Shown here one piece after another: positions 27,269 through 39,459 of a stretch of DNA of 64,000 nucleotides. The notes under the pieces were generated by a model. The model did not search any database and had not been told where the DNA came from. It saw only the letters and a list, made by a program, of their open reading frames with translations. The DNA is from Squalus acanthias (Eukaryota), in the NCBI GenBank assembly GCA_030390025.1, contig CM059431.1, forward strand, positions 116,562,001 through 116,626,000. Reading direction: 5' to 3'. Within the stretch, counting starts at the first letter, position 1; each line of letters begins with the position of its first letter. The translations under genes were made by a program, and so were the position numbers.

Positions 27269-27912
27269 GCCCTGCTCTACGCCTCAGAGACATGGACCAT
27301 GGACAGCAGGCACCTCAAAGCACTGGAGAGGTACCACCAACACTGCCTCCGCAAGATCCTGCAAATTCATTGGCAGGATAGGCACACCAACGTCAGTGTT
27401 CTCGCGCAGGCCAACATCCCCAGCATTGAAGCTTTGACCACGCTCGATCAGCTCCGATGGACTGGTCACATCGTCCGCATGCCCGATACGAGACTCCCAA
27501 AACAAGCGGTCTACTCAGCGCTCCGACACGGCAAGAGAGCCCCAGGTGGGCAGAGGAAACGCTTCAAGGACACCCTCAAAGCCTCCTTGAAAAAGTGCAA
27601 CATCCCCACCGACACCTGGGAATCCCTGGCCCAGGACTGCACAAAGTGGAGGAGAAGCATCCGGGAAGGCGCCGAACACCTCGAGTCTCTTCGCCGGGAG
27701 CAAGCGGAAGCCAAGCGCAAACAGCGGAAGGAGCGCATGTCAACCCGAGCACCCCACCCACCCACCCCTTCAACCATCGTCTGCCCCACCTGTGACAGAG
27801 ACTGTCGGTCCCGCATTGGACTCATCAGTCACCTGAGAACTCATTTTTAATGTGGATGCAAGTCATCCTCGGTTCCGAGGGACTGGCTAAGAAGAAGAAG
27901 AAGAAGAAGAAG
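27269..27912 (+). mobile_element. 5'-truncated RTE-clade LINE with an (AAG)n tail and a 27-bp TSD
   Basis: ORF 27299-27850 has 'QLRWTGHIVRMPDTRLPK' and a C-terminal C2H2 finger 'CPTC...HLRTH'. TSD 27242-27268 / 27913-27939 (25/27 identical). Confidence 0.95.
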
Positions 27913-28900
27913 ACTGGATGGCAAACTTTACATCACTAATCTCGCAATTGCAGGAAAACCTGGGCCAATCATTACGACTGCTGCTATGCTATTCTTCTTC
28001 GACGGCTCTGTCAAGCTATTATACATTTCATACGTGTGAAAGAGATACACTATTACAACTGTGATCTTGGTCACATTGGTAAATTCTCAAACTGTGGGAT
28101 TAACCACATTCAAGCAAATTCTTACAACTCAGTTTCAGTACTTACTGGGATTGAGTTATAAGAATTTTCCTGAATTCAATCAGTGTGTCCTAGAATGCAA
28201 CACACAGTATTTTCTCTACAAGTTACCTCTACACGGCCTCTTCTAGCTGGGAAAGAGGGCCGTCTAGCTGATTGATGTTTCTATGACATGGAGATTAATG
28301 ACAACAGACAAGATTGTAGCCCTGTAGTAAGTAGAAAGAAATTACTTTAAAGTTTTATATTTTAGTAATGTGAAATTCTTCAGATGTTATCATACATCTG
28401 ATGGCAATCATTTGGAAATCTATATCACAATGGTTGTCTCATGTTCAGTTTCCTCAACATGTCTGTCACATATAATAATAGATGGTGGGACAAGAGGATC
28501 ATCCTTTTTATTCTGGTAAAGGGGAGATTGTGTAGCTGTTGTTGTAATATCTATGCTCTTGTCTATGTAAGAATAGGAAGCAAATAATCAAAGAAATTGC
28601 TGAGGCTTATACATGAGAGAGGTCATTTGAGTAGAGGACATTACTCTGACAATATCAGTTCACAGGGTATTTAAAGGGGTTGTCTCTGTTTTCAGGGAAA
28701 GTCGAAAAGAGGGAATGAGGAGACAATCAAATGGAAGACACAATCAGTATGAACTGAATGTAGATACCAAGATCCTATGCCTACTGGTCAGCAATGGGCC
28801 TCAGGGAACATATTGATATTCTGTTAGAGAATATGTGGCAAGTGTAAAAAATAACTCACTTACAGAGTTGCATGTGTAACATAAAAAAGAAAAAAGTAAT

Positions 28901-30223
28901 GGGCCATAATTTGCTGTCAAAATAACAGTGAGGCTAATGGTGATGGCCGTTATTTATGCGCAAATGCTACAGCAGCTTCAGATGAGGGACAGATGTGAGG
29001 TTAAACGTGGAAATCCATAAGTTGCTGTCTGAGATGCGCCGCTCTGCTACTAGCTTTACAAAAACGGATTCTCGCTGTCTGACCCACCATTGAAATGCAT
29101 TGAATGGCATGAAGTTGCTGTATTTGCACGATAGATACAAATGAAACTTGCCACAAAAAGTCCATTTTAGTCTAAGTACCTTTTTAACAATGTGATAAGT
29201 GTTAATTACTGCCAGTCAACCTCTCTGGCACTGAAAGTTAACTATTACAAGTATGGAGTCTCATTCCTTCAGGTTTTAATGCAATCTTTCTTTCCCTTTC
29301 TTTATTTCTCTTTTTGTAGCTGATTTGACATTGAATTCACCCACTCTAATTTACGCTTCCTTCTCTGTCCTTGCGCTGTTAATTTCACAATCCTTCAGTC
29401 AGATTGGTTAAGGAGATATACAGTTGCTTGCCCTGTTCACTCAGGTCCCAGAGACCCGGTTTCCCTCGCTGCGACATTATCAGCTCTGCAGAAAGTATAT
29501 ACAGACCCTTAATTTTTAATATTTCTTGAAATGCTTTAAATGCAGAATACGACTTAACTCATGAACTGAACCAAGTGGTTTTCTGCCACTTTTGTAAACG
29601 TTCAGAGTGAATGAACAATTTTGGGCTGTGATAAGGACAAACTGAATAATAGCCACATAGGATGTGTGAGTGTAAACGTTTGACAGCTCAAACAGCTCAG
29701 ACCAACATTAAAGGAACATTTCACTATCTCTGAAAGATTGATTTACGACAAAATGCAAGGAAAGCTGTATAAAGCACAGTGGCTAAAGAGTATCGGCACT
29801 GCAGTCAGAAGAAGGTGGCTTGACCAGTCATCTTGCCTACGAGGCTAAGGCTGCAGTCAGAGGAAGGAGGGGCCTGGCCAGTCTTTCCGCTTACGAGGAC
29901 CTACAATCAACGCTGGACGGATCATCGGCGGGTGGTTGTATGTATGATTTGCTGTAACATTATTGGCGAACTGCTCGAATAGTGGTTGGGGTTTTGAATC
30001 TGTCTTAGGAACAATAAAAGGTTAATGACAGAACCGGTGTGTCTGGTGTAATTTCTCATAAGTCTCAAGTCCGAACTCTATAACCGAGGGGTAATTCCGC
30101 ACGTCTTACAGCTCTTACTTTCAGCAACTTGCGGCGCAAAATATCATCACCACTAAATGGGCAAGGGCAGGTCTAACTAATGATGGACACCATTCGTTGC
30201 CCTGCTACAGCAAAGTATGGCCG
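28901..30223. mobile_element. Harbinger-type MITE hosting a solo LTR
   Basis: TIRs ggccataatttgctg / cagcaaagtatggcc; reverse-orientation relative of 7121-8178. Confidence 0.65.
29487..30110 (+). mobile_element. Solo LTR (624 bp)
   Basis: TG...CA termini, exact 4-bp TSD GCTC, TATA-like gtataaa at about 29767 and AATAAA at about 30013. Confidence 0.8.
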
Positions 30224-31999
30224 ATTATGTTTGCTACTCCATGTGCTCATAACAATAAACTCTTTGGTTTAAACAACTATGCTCTGCACTTTATTTGGAC
30301 CGGGAGGAGTGTGATGTTGAATGTAAAATCAAAATATGTAGCCAAAGCTGACCAGAGTCCCAGATCCATGAGAAGAACAAAGACAATTTATTTTCTGTCT
30401 CTAGGATGTATAATGACCAACAAAGGGGTTTGCAACCAAAAGCCCAAAGGAGGATAGATGAAACTCTTCTCCCTTTGATGTGGCATGGTATTCAAGTGTT
30501 AAGCAGCTTTACAGAACTCATATCTTCAATTAGTTTGATGTTTTAACTGCAAAGCTATAAAGCTGGGCAATATCTTGTAAAGGAATTGAGGTTCCAGGAT
30601 TTTAAGACATGACATATAAGAGAGGTCTAAGCAGGCAGGAGAAAATCCCATTCAATGCAAATCATAACAACGATTGAAAATTCAAGTATTGTTTTATGAA
30701 GAAAAAGCCCAATATAAATCATTGTTCAGTTACTGACTACTTTGCTTCTTATTGACATTCTGCTCCCTTTCTTCTTTGCATGACCTCAGTCCTTTCTGCA
30801 GCTATTGCTATTACCCTTGTTTTCTGGAGCACGTAAGGAGAAATAAGTGCCAATACAAGTGTCTATAGATTTTGAACACTCTAGGACAAAGGTTAACGAT
30901 AAGTTACCTAGAAATATGGTTTTGATTGAGCAGTGCAGATTTCAAAAATTGAAGGTTATTGTGCAGCAAGGAAAATGACTGAGGCTCAAACACGAGCAGA
31001 ATACCAGCTTGACATATGTGAACATCACATCCACTGGATATTAAATCCTCATTTTTTTTATTTTCTCTATACACTGTTTCAGTCCCATTATCTTGCTCGG
31101 TGGCCAAGGAAGGTTTGTACAGACTGTCCTTAAAGGGACTGCTGGAGGCCGCTGAGAAACGCATTCAAAACTGCGATCACTCATGCTTTATCCTGGCTCC
31201 ACAGTAGAACTGCAGCTTGCTGCAGGTCCATGCTCACCCCCTCTCAGGAGCACTCCCACCGGGAGTGGGGGGGTGGGGGTGGGGGTGGGAGTTGCGGAGT
31301 GGGTGGTTGAGGAAATTTGGGACCAATATCTTGCCATATAATTTCTGTTTGAAGGGGGGTTCTTATTGCCAGCAAGCTAACATATATGACTTGTCTGATC
31401 TTATTGTTGGACATGAGGAGGAAATCACAGAGAGAAGTGTTTGCCATGTCCTCGGAATTTCACAAAACTCTGCGTCACTCACTCAAAGCACTGACACATA
31501 AATATCCATTCTAAGAGACTTTGGTCATGAACTTTAGGAGGAAGCATTAGATGACTTACAGAGCGAAAGTAAAGAGGAGCAAGCAGAAGTGGAAATGGAG
31601 GAGCAGAAACTGGCTGCCAGCAGAGCCAGCTCGAGTGCTCCTTGAGTGGCTGCACCCAGGGACTGATGCCTCATGGGGGCCGCCTGCAGATGGAGCCTCA
31701 AACCTGAGCATAAGTATTTCATGCAAACCTTTGAGTCTGTGCCAAGCAAACGGCAGAGCCTGGGGGCACTATTAGGAATGCCTGCCTAAACAAACTATAG
31801 AGCACCATGCAATGTAAGGGTCACCTCAAGCAGAGCCTCCCTTTAACAGAGGGCCTGAGCACAGGTGCAGTTTCTCTAACAAACACTCTGACTGTGGTTG
31901 TCGATGCCTTGGGCTCTAACATACAGAAGTCTCTCTTGTTTGGTTTCAACATTCTGGATGATCAGATTGAGAGAGCCATAAAGCAGAAATTGAAATCTT

Positions 32000-32672
32000 T
32001 GAAGATGACAGGACAGGTTAACACAGTGGTTAATAAAGCATATGGGATCCTGGGCTTTATAAATAGAGGCATAGAGTACAAAAGCCAGGTAGTTGTGCTA
32101 AACCTTTATAAAACACTTGTTCGGCCCCAGCTGGAGTATTATGTCCAGTTCTGGGCACCACACTTTAGGAAGGACATGAAGGCTTTGGAGAGGGTGCAGA
32201 AGAGATTTACTAGAATGAAGGATTACAGTTACGTGAATAGACTACAGAAGCTGGGGTTGTTCTCCTTGGAGCAGTCAAGGCTAAGAGGAGATTTGATAGA
32301 GGTGTTTAAAATCATGAAGGGTTTAGATAGAGTAAATAAAGAGAAACTGTTTCCAATGGCTGAAGGGTCGATAACCAGAGGTCACAGATTTTAGGTAATT
32401 GGCAAAAGAGCCAGAGGCAACATGAGGAAAGATCTTTTTATGCAACGAGTGGTTAGGATTTGGAATGCGCTGCCAGATAGAGTGGTGGATACAGATTCAG
32501 TAGTAGCCTTCAAAAGGGAATTGGATAAATATTTGAAAGAGCAAAAATTGCAGGGATATGGGGAAAGAGCAGGGGATTGGAACTAACTGGATTGCTCTTC
32601 GAAAGAGCCGGCGCAGACTCGATGGGCCGAATGGCCTACTTCTGTGCTGTACTATTCTATGATACTATGATT
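32000..32672 (+). mobile_element. CR1 LINE 3' portion
   Basis: '[19 protein letters not shown]...[11 protein letters not shown]'; attctatgat tail. Confidence 0.95.
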
Positions 32673-33756
32673 CTCATCGCTAGCCAGTGCTTTGCTCCCA
32701 CACAGATCACTGGGAAATACTGAGGCCCAGAAGCAAAGGACAGGCAGGATTTGGATAGATGATGAACTTATCTGTCAGGGTGACACCACCCTGACCCACT
32801 CTGCTCCCCACTCAAAAGAATTTCATGTGCCGGATAGTGTGCAGCTCATGCAGTTAACGCAGCATTTGATGTGGTGACAGAAGCTGCAGAGCCTTTTACT
32901 GAGCCAGTAGAAGACCAGCTCCATCACGAGAGGCAAGCATTGATACCCAGTAGTCAGCCACCGCACGCTCCTCCCACTGTGGAATCACTAAGACGAGGTT
33001 AAGTAGCAGAAGACAAGCACCACACACTTTCAAAAAGTGGAAGAACTTGGAGTTAGGCACACTGAGTACAGTATCAGAGTATGACGGATTTATTTTATTT
33101 CAGCTGTGTCTTGAAAGTCACTTGTAATGGGATAAAATAAGATAGCAATGCCTTGGGATGTTTTTCAATGCCAATGCTTTCTAAATGCAAACCCTTGTTG
33201 TGATTTTCAAATGGATTGGTATCCATGATAGTTGATGCACATCAGAGTGCAATGATTGGGGTAATATATTGGCCCACTTTATAGTGCGAATGTGCACAGG
33301 ACTGTTTGTGGTATATGTGGAATAGGCACAAGTCAATGTCTCATTGATTAGCCCTGCCTTCAGCCTCTTCCTGTTTTACAACCGTGGTTCAGCAGGTAAA
33401 TCTGCTGGCTCCGCCTCAGTGTGCTGTTGTGCTCGTGGTTGCAGCTGGGCTACCTCTTCTACCTACTTCATGCTAATGCTCTTTTAATGACAACGTTGTG
33501 CAGTAAGTAACAGACCACAGTGATCTTTGAGACTCTTACACCCCTCCCCCGATCTGTCCAAACATCAGAACCTTTGGAGTGAATTTTAACATGGTGGAGC
33601 GCGTGGGTTTGGATGCGGGTGCGGGGTGGTTAAAACCGGGGAAACTGTCAGCGCATCGGGAAGCCGGCTCCAACCCGCTGACTTCTGCATTTCACTCGTG
33701 CGCGTTAGGCTGGGTGCGCGCAACCCCCTCGGGAGAGGCGGGTAGTCAAATAACAA

Positions 33757-36700
33757 GGAGCAGTAGCGTAGTGGTAATGTCACTGGACTAGTAATCCAGG
33801 GGCCTGGACTAATGATCTCAGCGACGTGAGTTCAAATCCCACCATGGCAGCTGGGGAATTTAAATTCAGTTAATTAAGTTTTAAAAATTCTGGAATAAAA
33901 AAAAGCTAGTATCAGTAATGGTAACCATGAAACTATCGATTGTCGTAAAAACCTATCTGGTTCATTAATGTCCTTTAGGGATGGAAATCTGCCGTCCTTA
34001 CCTGATCTGGCCTATATGTGACTCCAGACCCACAGCAATGTGGTTGACTCTTAACTGCCCTCTGAAATGGCCTAGCAAGTCATTCAGTTGTAACTAACCG
34101 CTACGAAACATAATAAGAATGAAACCGGACAGACCACCCAGCATCGACCTCAGCACCGGACACGGCAACGGCATACCCAGCCAAGTCGACCCTGTAAAGT
34201 CCTCCTCATCAACATCTAGGGACTTGTGCCAAAATTGGGAGAGCTGTCCCACAGACTAGTCAAGCAACAGCCTGACATAATCATACTCACAGAATCATAC
34301 CTTTCAGCCAATGTCCCAAACTCCTCCATCACCATCCCTGGGTATGTCCTGTCCCACTGGCAGGACAGACCCACCAGGAGTGGCGGCACAGTGGTATACA
34401 GTCGGGAACGAGTGTCCCTGGGAGTCCTCAACATTAACTCCGGACCCCATGATGTCTCATGGCTTGAGGTCAAGCATGGGCAAGGAAACCTCCTGCTGAT
34501 TACCAACTACCGCCCTTCCTCAGCTGATGCATCAGTACTCCTCCATGTTGAACACCACTTGGAAGAAACACTGAGAGTAGCAAGGGCACAGAATGTGCTC
34601 TGGGTGGGGTACTTCAATGTCCATCACCAAGAGTGGCTCGGTAGCAATCCTACTGACCGAGCTGGCCAAGTCCTGAAGGACAATAACTGCCAGTCTGGCC
34701 TGCGACAGGTGGTGAGAGAACCAATGCGAGGGAAAAACATACTTGACCTTGTCCTCACCAATCTACCTGTCGCAGATGCATCTGTCCATGACAGTATCGG
34801 TAGCAGTGACCACCGCACAGTCATTGTGGAGACGAAGTCCCATCTTGGAGGACACTGAGGACACCCTCCATCGTGTTGTGTGGCACTACCACAGTGCTAA
34901 ATGGGATAGATTCAGAACAGATCTAGCAGCTCAAAACTGGGCATCTATGAGGCGGGCCATCAGCAGCAGAATTGTATTCCACCACAATCTGTTACCGCAT
35001 GGCCCGGCATATCCCTCACTCTAACATTACCACCAAGCCAGGGGACAAACCCTGGTTCAATAAGTAGTGTAGAAGCGCATGCCAGGAGCAGCACCAGGCA
35101 TACATAAAAATGAGGTGCCAACCTGCGGAAGCTGCAACAGAGGACTACATGCATGCTAAAAAGCGGAAGCAGCATGCCATAGACAGGGCTAAGCGATCCC
35201 ACAATCAACGGATCAGATCAAAGCTCTGCAGTCCTGCCACATCCAGTCGTGAACGGTGGTGGACCATTAAACAACTAACGGGAGGAGGAGGCTCCATGAA
35301 TATTCCCATCCTCAATGATGGTGGAGTCGAGCACATGAGTGCAAAAGACAAGTCTGAAGCGTTTACAACCATCTTCAGCCAGAAGTTCCGAGTGGGTGAT
35401 CCATATCGGCCTACTCCTGAGGTCCGCACCATCACAGAAGCCAGTCTTCAGCCAATTCGATTCACTCCACGTGATATCAAGAAACGGCTGAGCGCACTGG
35501 ATACAGCAAAGGCTATGGGCCCCGACAACATCCCGGCTATCGTGCTTAACACTTGTGCTCCAGAACTAGCCGTGCCTCTAGCCAAGCTGTTCCAGTTCAG
35601 CTACAACACCGGCATCTATCCGACAATGTGGAAAACTGCCCAGGTATGTCCTGTCCACAAAGAGCAGGACAAATCCAACCTGGCCAATTACCGCCCCATC
35701 AGTCTACTCTCAATCATCAGCAAAGTGATGGAAGTTGTCATCGACAGTGCTATCAAGCGGCACTTACTCACCAAAAACCTGCTCACTGATGCCCAGTTTG
35801 GGTTCCGCCAAGACCACTCAGCTCCCGACCTTATTACAGCCTTGGTCCAAACATGGACAAAGGAGCTGAATTCCAGAGGTGAGGTGAGAGTGACTGCCCT
35901 TGACATCAAGGCAGCATTTGACCGAGTGTGGCATCAAGGAGCCCTAGTAAAACTGAAGTCAATGGGAATCGGGGGGAAAACGCTCCACTGGCTTGAGTCA
36001 TACCTAGCACAAAGGAAGATGGTTGTGGTGGTTGAAGGTCAATCATCACAGCCCCAGGACATCGCTGCAGGAGTTCCTCAGGGCAGTGTCCTAGGCCCAA
36101 CTATCTTCAGCTGCTTCATCAATGACCTTCCCTTCAACATAAGGTCAGAAATGGGGATGTTCGCTGATTACTGCACAGTGTTCAGTGCCATTCACAACTC
36201 CTCAGATAATTAACCAGTCCATGCACGCATGCAACAAGACCTGGACGACGTTCAGGCTTGGGCTGATAAGTGGCAGGTAACATTCGCGCCACAGAAGTGC
36301 CAGGCAATGACTATCTCTAACAAACGGGAGTCTAACCACATCCCCTTGACATTCAACAGCATTACCATCGCCGAATCCCCCACCATCAACATCCTGGGGG
36401 GTCACCATGGATCAGAAACTTAACTGGACCAGCCACATAAATACTGTGGCAACAAGAGCAGGTCAGAGGCTAGGTATTCTGCAGCGAGTGTCTCACCTAC
36501 TGACTCCCCAAAGCCTTTCCACCATCTACAAGGCACAAGTAAGGAGTGTGATGGAATACTCTCCACTTGCCTGGATGAGTGCAGCTCCAACAACACTCAA
36601 GAAGCTCGACTCCATCCAAGACAAAGCAGCCCGCTTGATTAGCACCCCATCCACCACCTTAAACATTCATTCCCTCCACCACGGTGTACCGTAGCTGCAG

Positions 36701-37068
36701 TGTGTACCATCTACAAGATGCACTGCAGCAACTCACCAAGGCTTCTTCGGCAGCACCTCCCAAACCCGCAACCTCTTCCACCTAGAAGGACAAGGGCAGA
36801 AGGCACATGGGAACACCACCACCTCCAAGTTCCCCTCTAAGTCACACACCATCCTGACTTAGAAGTATATCGCCGTTCCTTCATCGTCGCTGGGTCAAAA
36901 TCCTGGAACTCCCTACCTAACAGCACTGTGGGAGTACCTTCATCACACGGACTGCAGCAGTTTAAGGAGGCAGCTCACCACCACCTTCTCAAGGGCAATT
37001 AGGGATGGGCAATAAATGCTTGCCTTGCCAGCGACGCCCACATCCCACAAACTAATTAAAAAAAAAAA
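33757..37068 (+). mobile_element. Apparently full-length single-ORF (APE endonuclease + RT) CR1/L2-group LINE with a tRNA-derived 5' head; pseudogenised
   Basis: A box TAGCGTAGTGG at 33764-33774 and B box GAGTTCAAATCC at 33828-33839. APE motifs (NIxGL, LTES, G.FN.H, LDL, SDH) at 34199-34858. RT motifs (NYRPISLLS, QFGFR, DIKAAFD, GVPQGSVLGP, FAD) at 35110-36213. Ends in an A-rich tail. Confidence 0.9.
33764..33839 (+). promoter_or_regulatory. Type-2 RNA polymerase III internal promoter (A and B boxes)
   Basis: Close matches to TRGCNNAGTGG and GWTCRANNC with tRNA/SINE-like spacing. Confidence 0.75.
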
Positions 37069-37369
37069 ATATTCAATTAGACTGTTATTTCAACTCACTT
37101 TTGAGTTTAACGTCTCATCCATGGATTTCCCGGGCTTCCTAAAACTCACCAGTGAAAGCAAGGCAAGAACACAGTGGCAATTGAGGGGGTCAATCAATCT
37201 CAGGGCAATATGGCAATAAATACTCAGTACTCACAGCTGCTTTCTTACCTGCTAGTGGGAAAGGGTTTGTCCACAGTACTTTTGCTGAAAATTGACTATC
37301 TACATGTTGCAGGTTTTTTCCATCCTTTGGAAGTTTGATCTACACTTTGGAGGTTTGTTCTATCACAGC

Positions 37370-37658
37370 AGGATGGGTGCCGCTTATGCTGCCTTAGATT
37401 GGACCTCAGATGAGGAGCATCATGACCAGCAGCAGCAGCAGCCCTAGCAGTCGGCTGGTCACAGTCCTGTAGCTGCACACCAGAGAGGGGAGCTGCAGAG
37501 AGGGGACCAGCAGGCAATTCTGTGAACTTCACCTGTGATGATGCCAGTCAGAATGAATGGACGCTCGGGTTTGCGGCTCTGGCTAGCTTCCCACAGGTGC
37601 AGTGCATCATTTACAGCACACACGTGGCAATCAGGGCACCCCCAGATCACCCAGCAGT
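37370..37658 (+). pseudogene. Harbinger transposase (HARBI1-like DDE nuclease) fragment
   Basis: 'GFAALASFPQVQCIIYSTHVAIRAP' resembles the HARBI1 'GFP.V.G.IDCTHVAI.AP' motif; truncated by a CR1 insertion. Confidence 0.75.
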
Positions 37659-39452
37659 ATGGCAATTGGAATATAATGTGGAGAAATGTGATGTTATCCA
37701 GTTTGGTAGGAAAAATAGAAAAGCAGAGTATTTTTTAAATGGTGAGAGATTGAGAAATGTTGGTGTTCAGAGGGACCTGGGTGTCCTTGTACACGAATCA
37801 TTGAAAGTTAACATGCAAGTACAGCAAGCAATTAGGAAAGCAAATGGTATGTTGGCCTTTATTACAAGAGGATTTGAGTATAAGAGTAAAGACGTCTTAC
37901 TGCAATTATATAGGGCCCTGGTGAGACCACACCTGGAGTATTGTGTACAGTTTTGGTCTCCTTACCTAAGGAAGGATATACTTGCCATAGAGGGAGTGCA
38001 ACAAAGGTTCACCAGACTGATTCCTGGGATGGGGGGATTGTCCTATGAGGAGAGATTGAGTAGACTAGGCCTATATTCTCTAAAGTTTAGAAGAATGAGA
38101 GGTGATCTCATTGAAACAGACAAAATTCTTACAGGACTTGACAGGGTAGATGCAGAGAGGATGTTTCCCCTGACTGGGGAGTCTAGAACCAGGGGTCACA
38201 GTCTCAGAATAAGGGGTCAGCCATTTTGGACTGAGATGAGGAGAAATTTATTCACTCAGAGGGTGGTGAATCTTTGGAATTCTCTACCCCAGAGGGCTGT
38301 GGAGGCTTAGTTGTTGAGTATATTCATGACAGAGATCGATAGATTTTTGGATATTAAGGGAATCAAGAGATATGGGGATAGTGCAGGAAAGTGGAGTTGA
38401 GGTAGAAGATCAGCCATGATCTTATTGAATGGCGGAGCAGGCTCGATGGGCCGAATGGCTGTAAAGTTTCCAAAATTTGCAGATCCCCAAAAATATCTAA
38501 GGGAAAAAAAATAAGGACTTTGGAACTTTAAAGGAACATGTCTGGACATGTACCGCACATGGATCTACCTCTGTGAATAGCAGGCTCGAGGATTGCATTG
38601 TCTGGGAATTCAAAGCCCAGCAAACATTAACATTTGGACAATAGGCCCTGGGAGAAGGCCGCCCCACCCAAAACACAGAACCCATAGGAATGCTAGGCCC
38701 AGCAAGGAACCCAAAACATGAGAACAATGCAAGCTTCCATAAAACAACAGCTCAACAGGACGCAAGCCATTTGATTTGGTTTAGCATAGTTGAAGGCCCA
38801 TCAAAATTTAACAAGACAATGAACAGGCCTCACCTGAAACTCACTGCATTACGAAACCAGTTTTCATGAGGAGTTTTGGCGGGGGGGGTGGGGGGGTGCT
38901 GTGGGGGGGCGAAAAAGGATTATAATTGCAGCAGGGCCCAAGATTTCTTTCTCTTTTGACTCGCTGACCACGCTGGAACAACGCTCCCTCTCAGCTCTGC
39001 CCAGAAGCCGCATGGTAAAGGAAGACATTCGATGACCAGAATCACCATCAACTTACCTGGCTGGATTTCGTACTGTTAATACCCCTGTTTGGTGAGCATT
39101 ATCCCTGATCTCCTGAAACCAAAACCTAGCTAGATAGTGGGATTTTTGGGAGGGATAAAGGTTTTTCTTGTATACTGTCATTCTCCCTCGCCGGTAACCG
39201 TGTGTTCCCCAAACCTGTTTAAGTGTGAAGTGTGTTTAAGTTTGTTACCTTTTATTTTTAATAAAAGTTATAATTCTTTCATCGGAACCTGTTGTCTACT
39301 GCATCTTTATTCACAACCCCTAAATAAGTCCAAGTTTTGAACCTGGGGCGTGGGAGCGATTCGAACCGCTCACTGAGTCAGGAGAAAGGCTGACCCCTAC
39401 CACTACCACCCCCTACATGGCCAATCCTGCTCCTATTTCTTATGTTCTTATG
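37659..39452 (+). mobile_element. CR1 LINE 3' portion, its 3' UTR interrupted by a solo LTR
   Basis: CR1 RT C-terminus in ORF 37522-38310; tail resumes at 39418 (aatcctgctcctatttcttatgttcttatg). Confidence 0.95.
38460..39417 (+). mobile_element. Solo LTR (958 bp)
   Basis: TGTA...TACA termini, exact 4-bp TSD TGGC (38456-38459 / 39418-39421), AATAAA at 39260. Confidence 0.9.
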
Positions 39453-39459
39453 AGTCCTG

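Noticed and set aside
28696..28845. Plus-strand exon candidate after ctctgttttcag
   Set aside because: All frames hit stops unless a weak donor is used, and no recognisable product.
30904..31164. Minus-strand exon candidate with a donor at about 30907
   Set aside because: No recognisable protein; it abuts Harbinger-like sequence, and another frame gives a stop-containing trihelix-like remnant (KQCIEKIKKMR).
31807..32394. 195-aa ORF as a host gene
   Set aside because: The C-terminal part is CR1 RT; the N-terminal part is read-in from a decayed flanking repeat.
37522..38310. 262-aa ORF as a HARBI1-RT fusion gene
   Set aside because: Chance in-frame junction where a truncated CR1 inserted into a Harbinger fragment.
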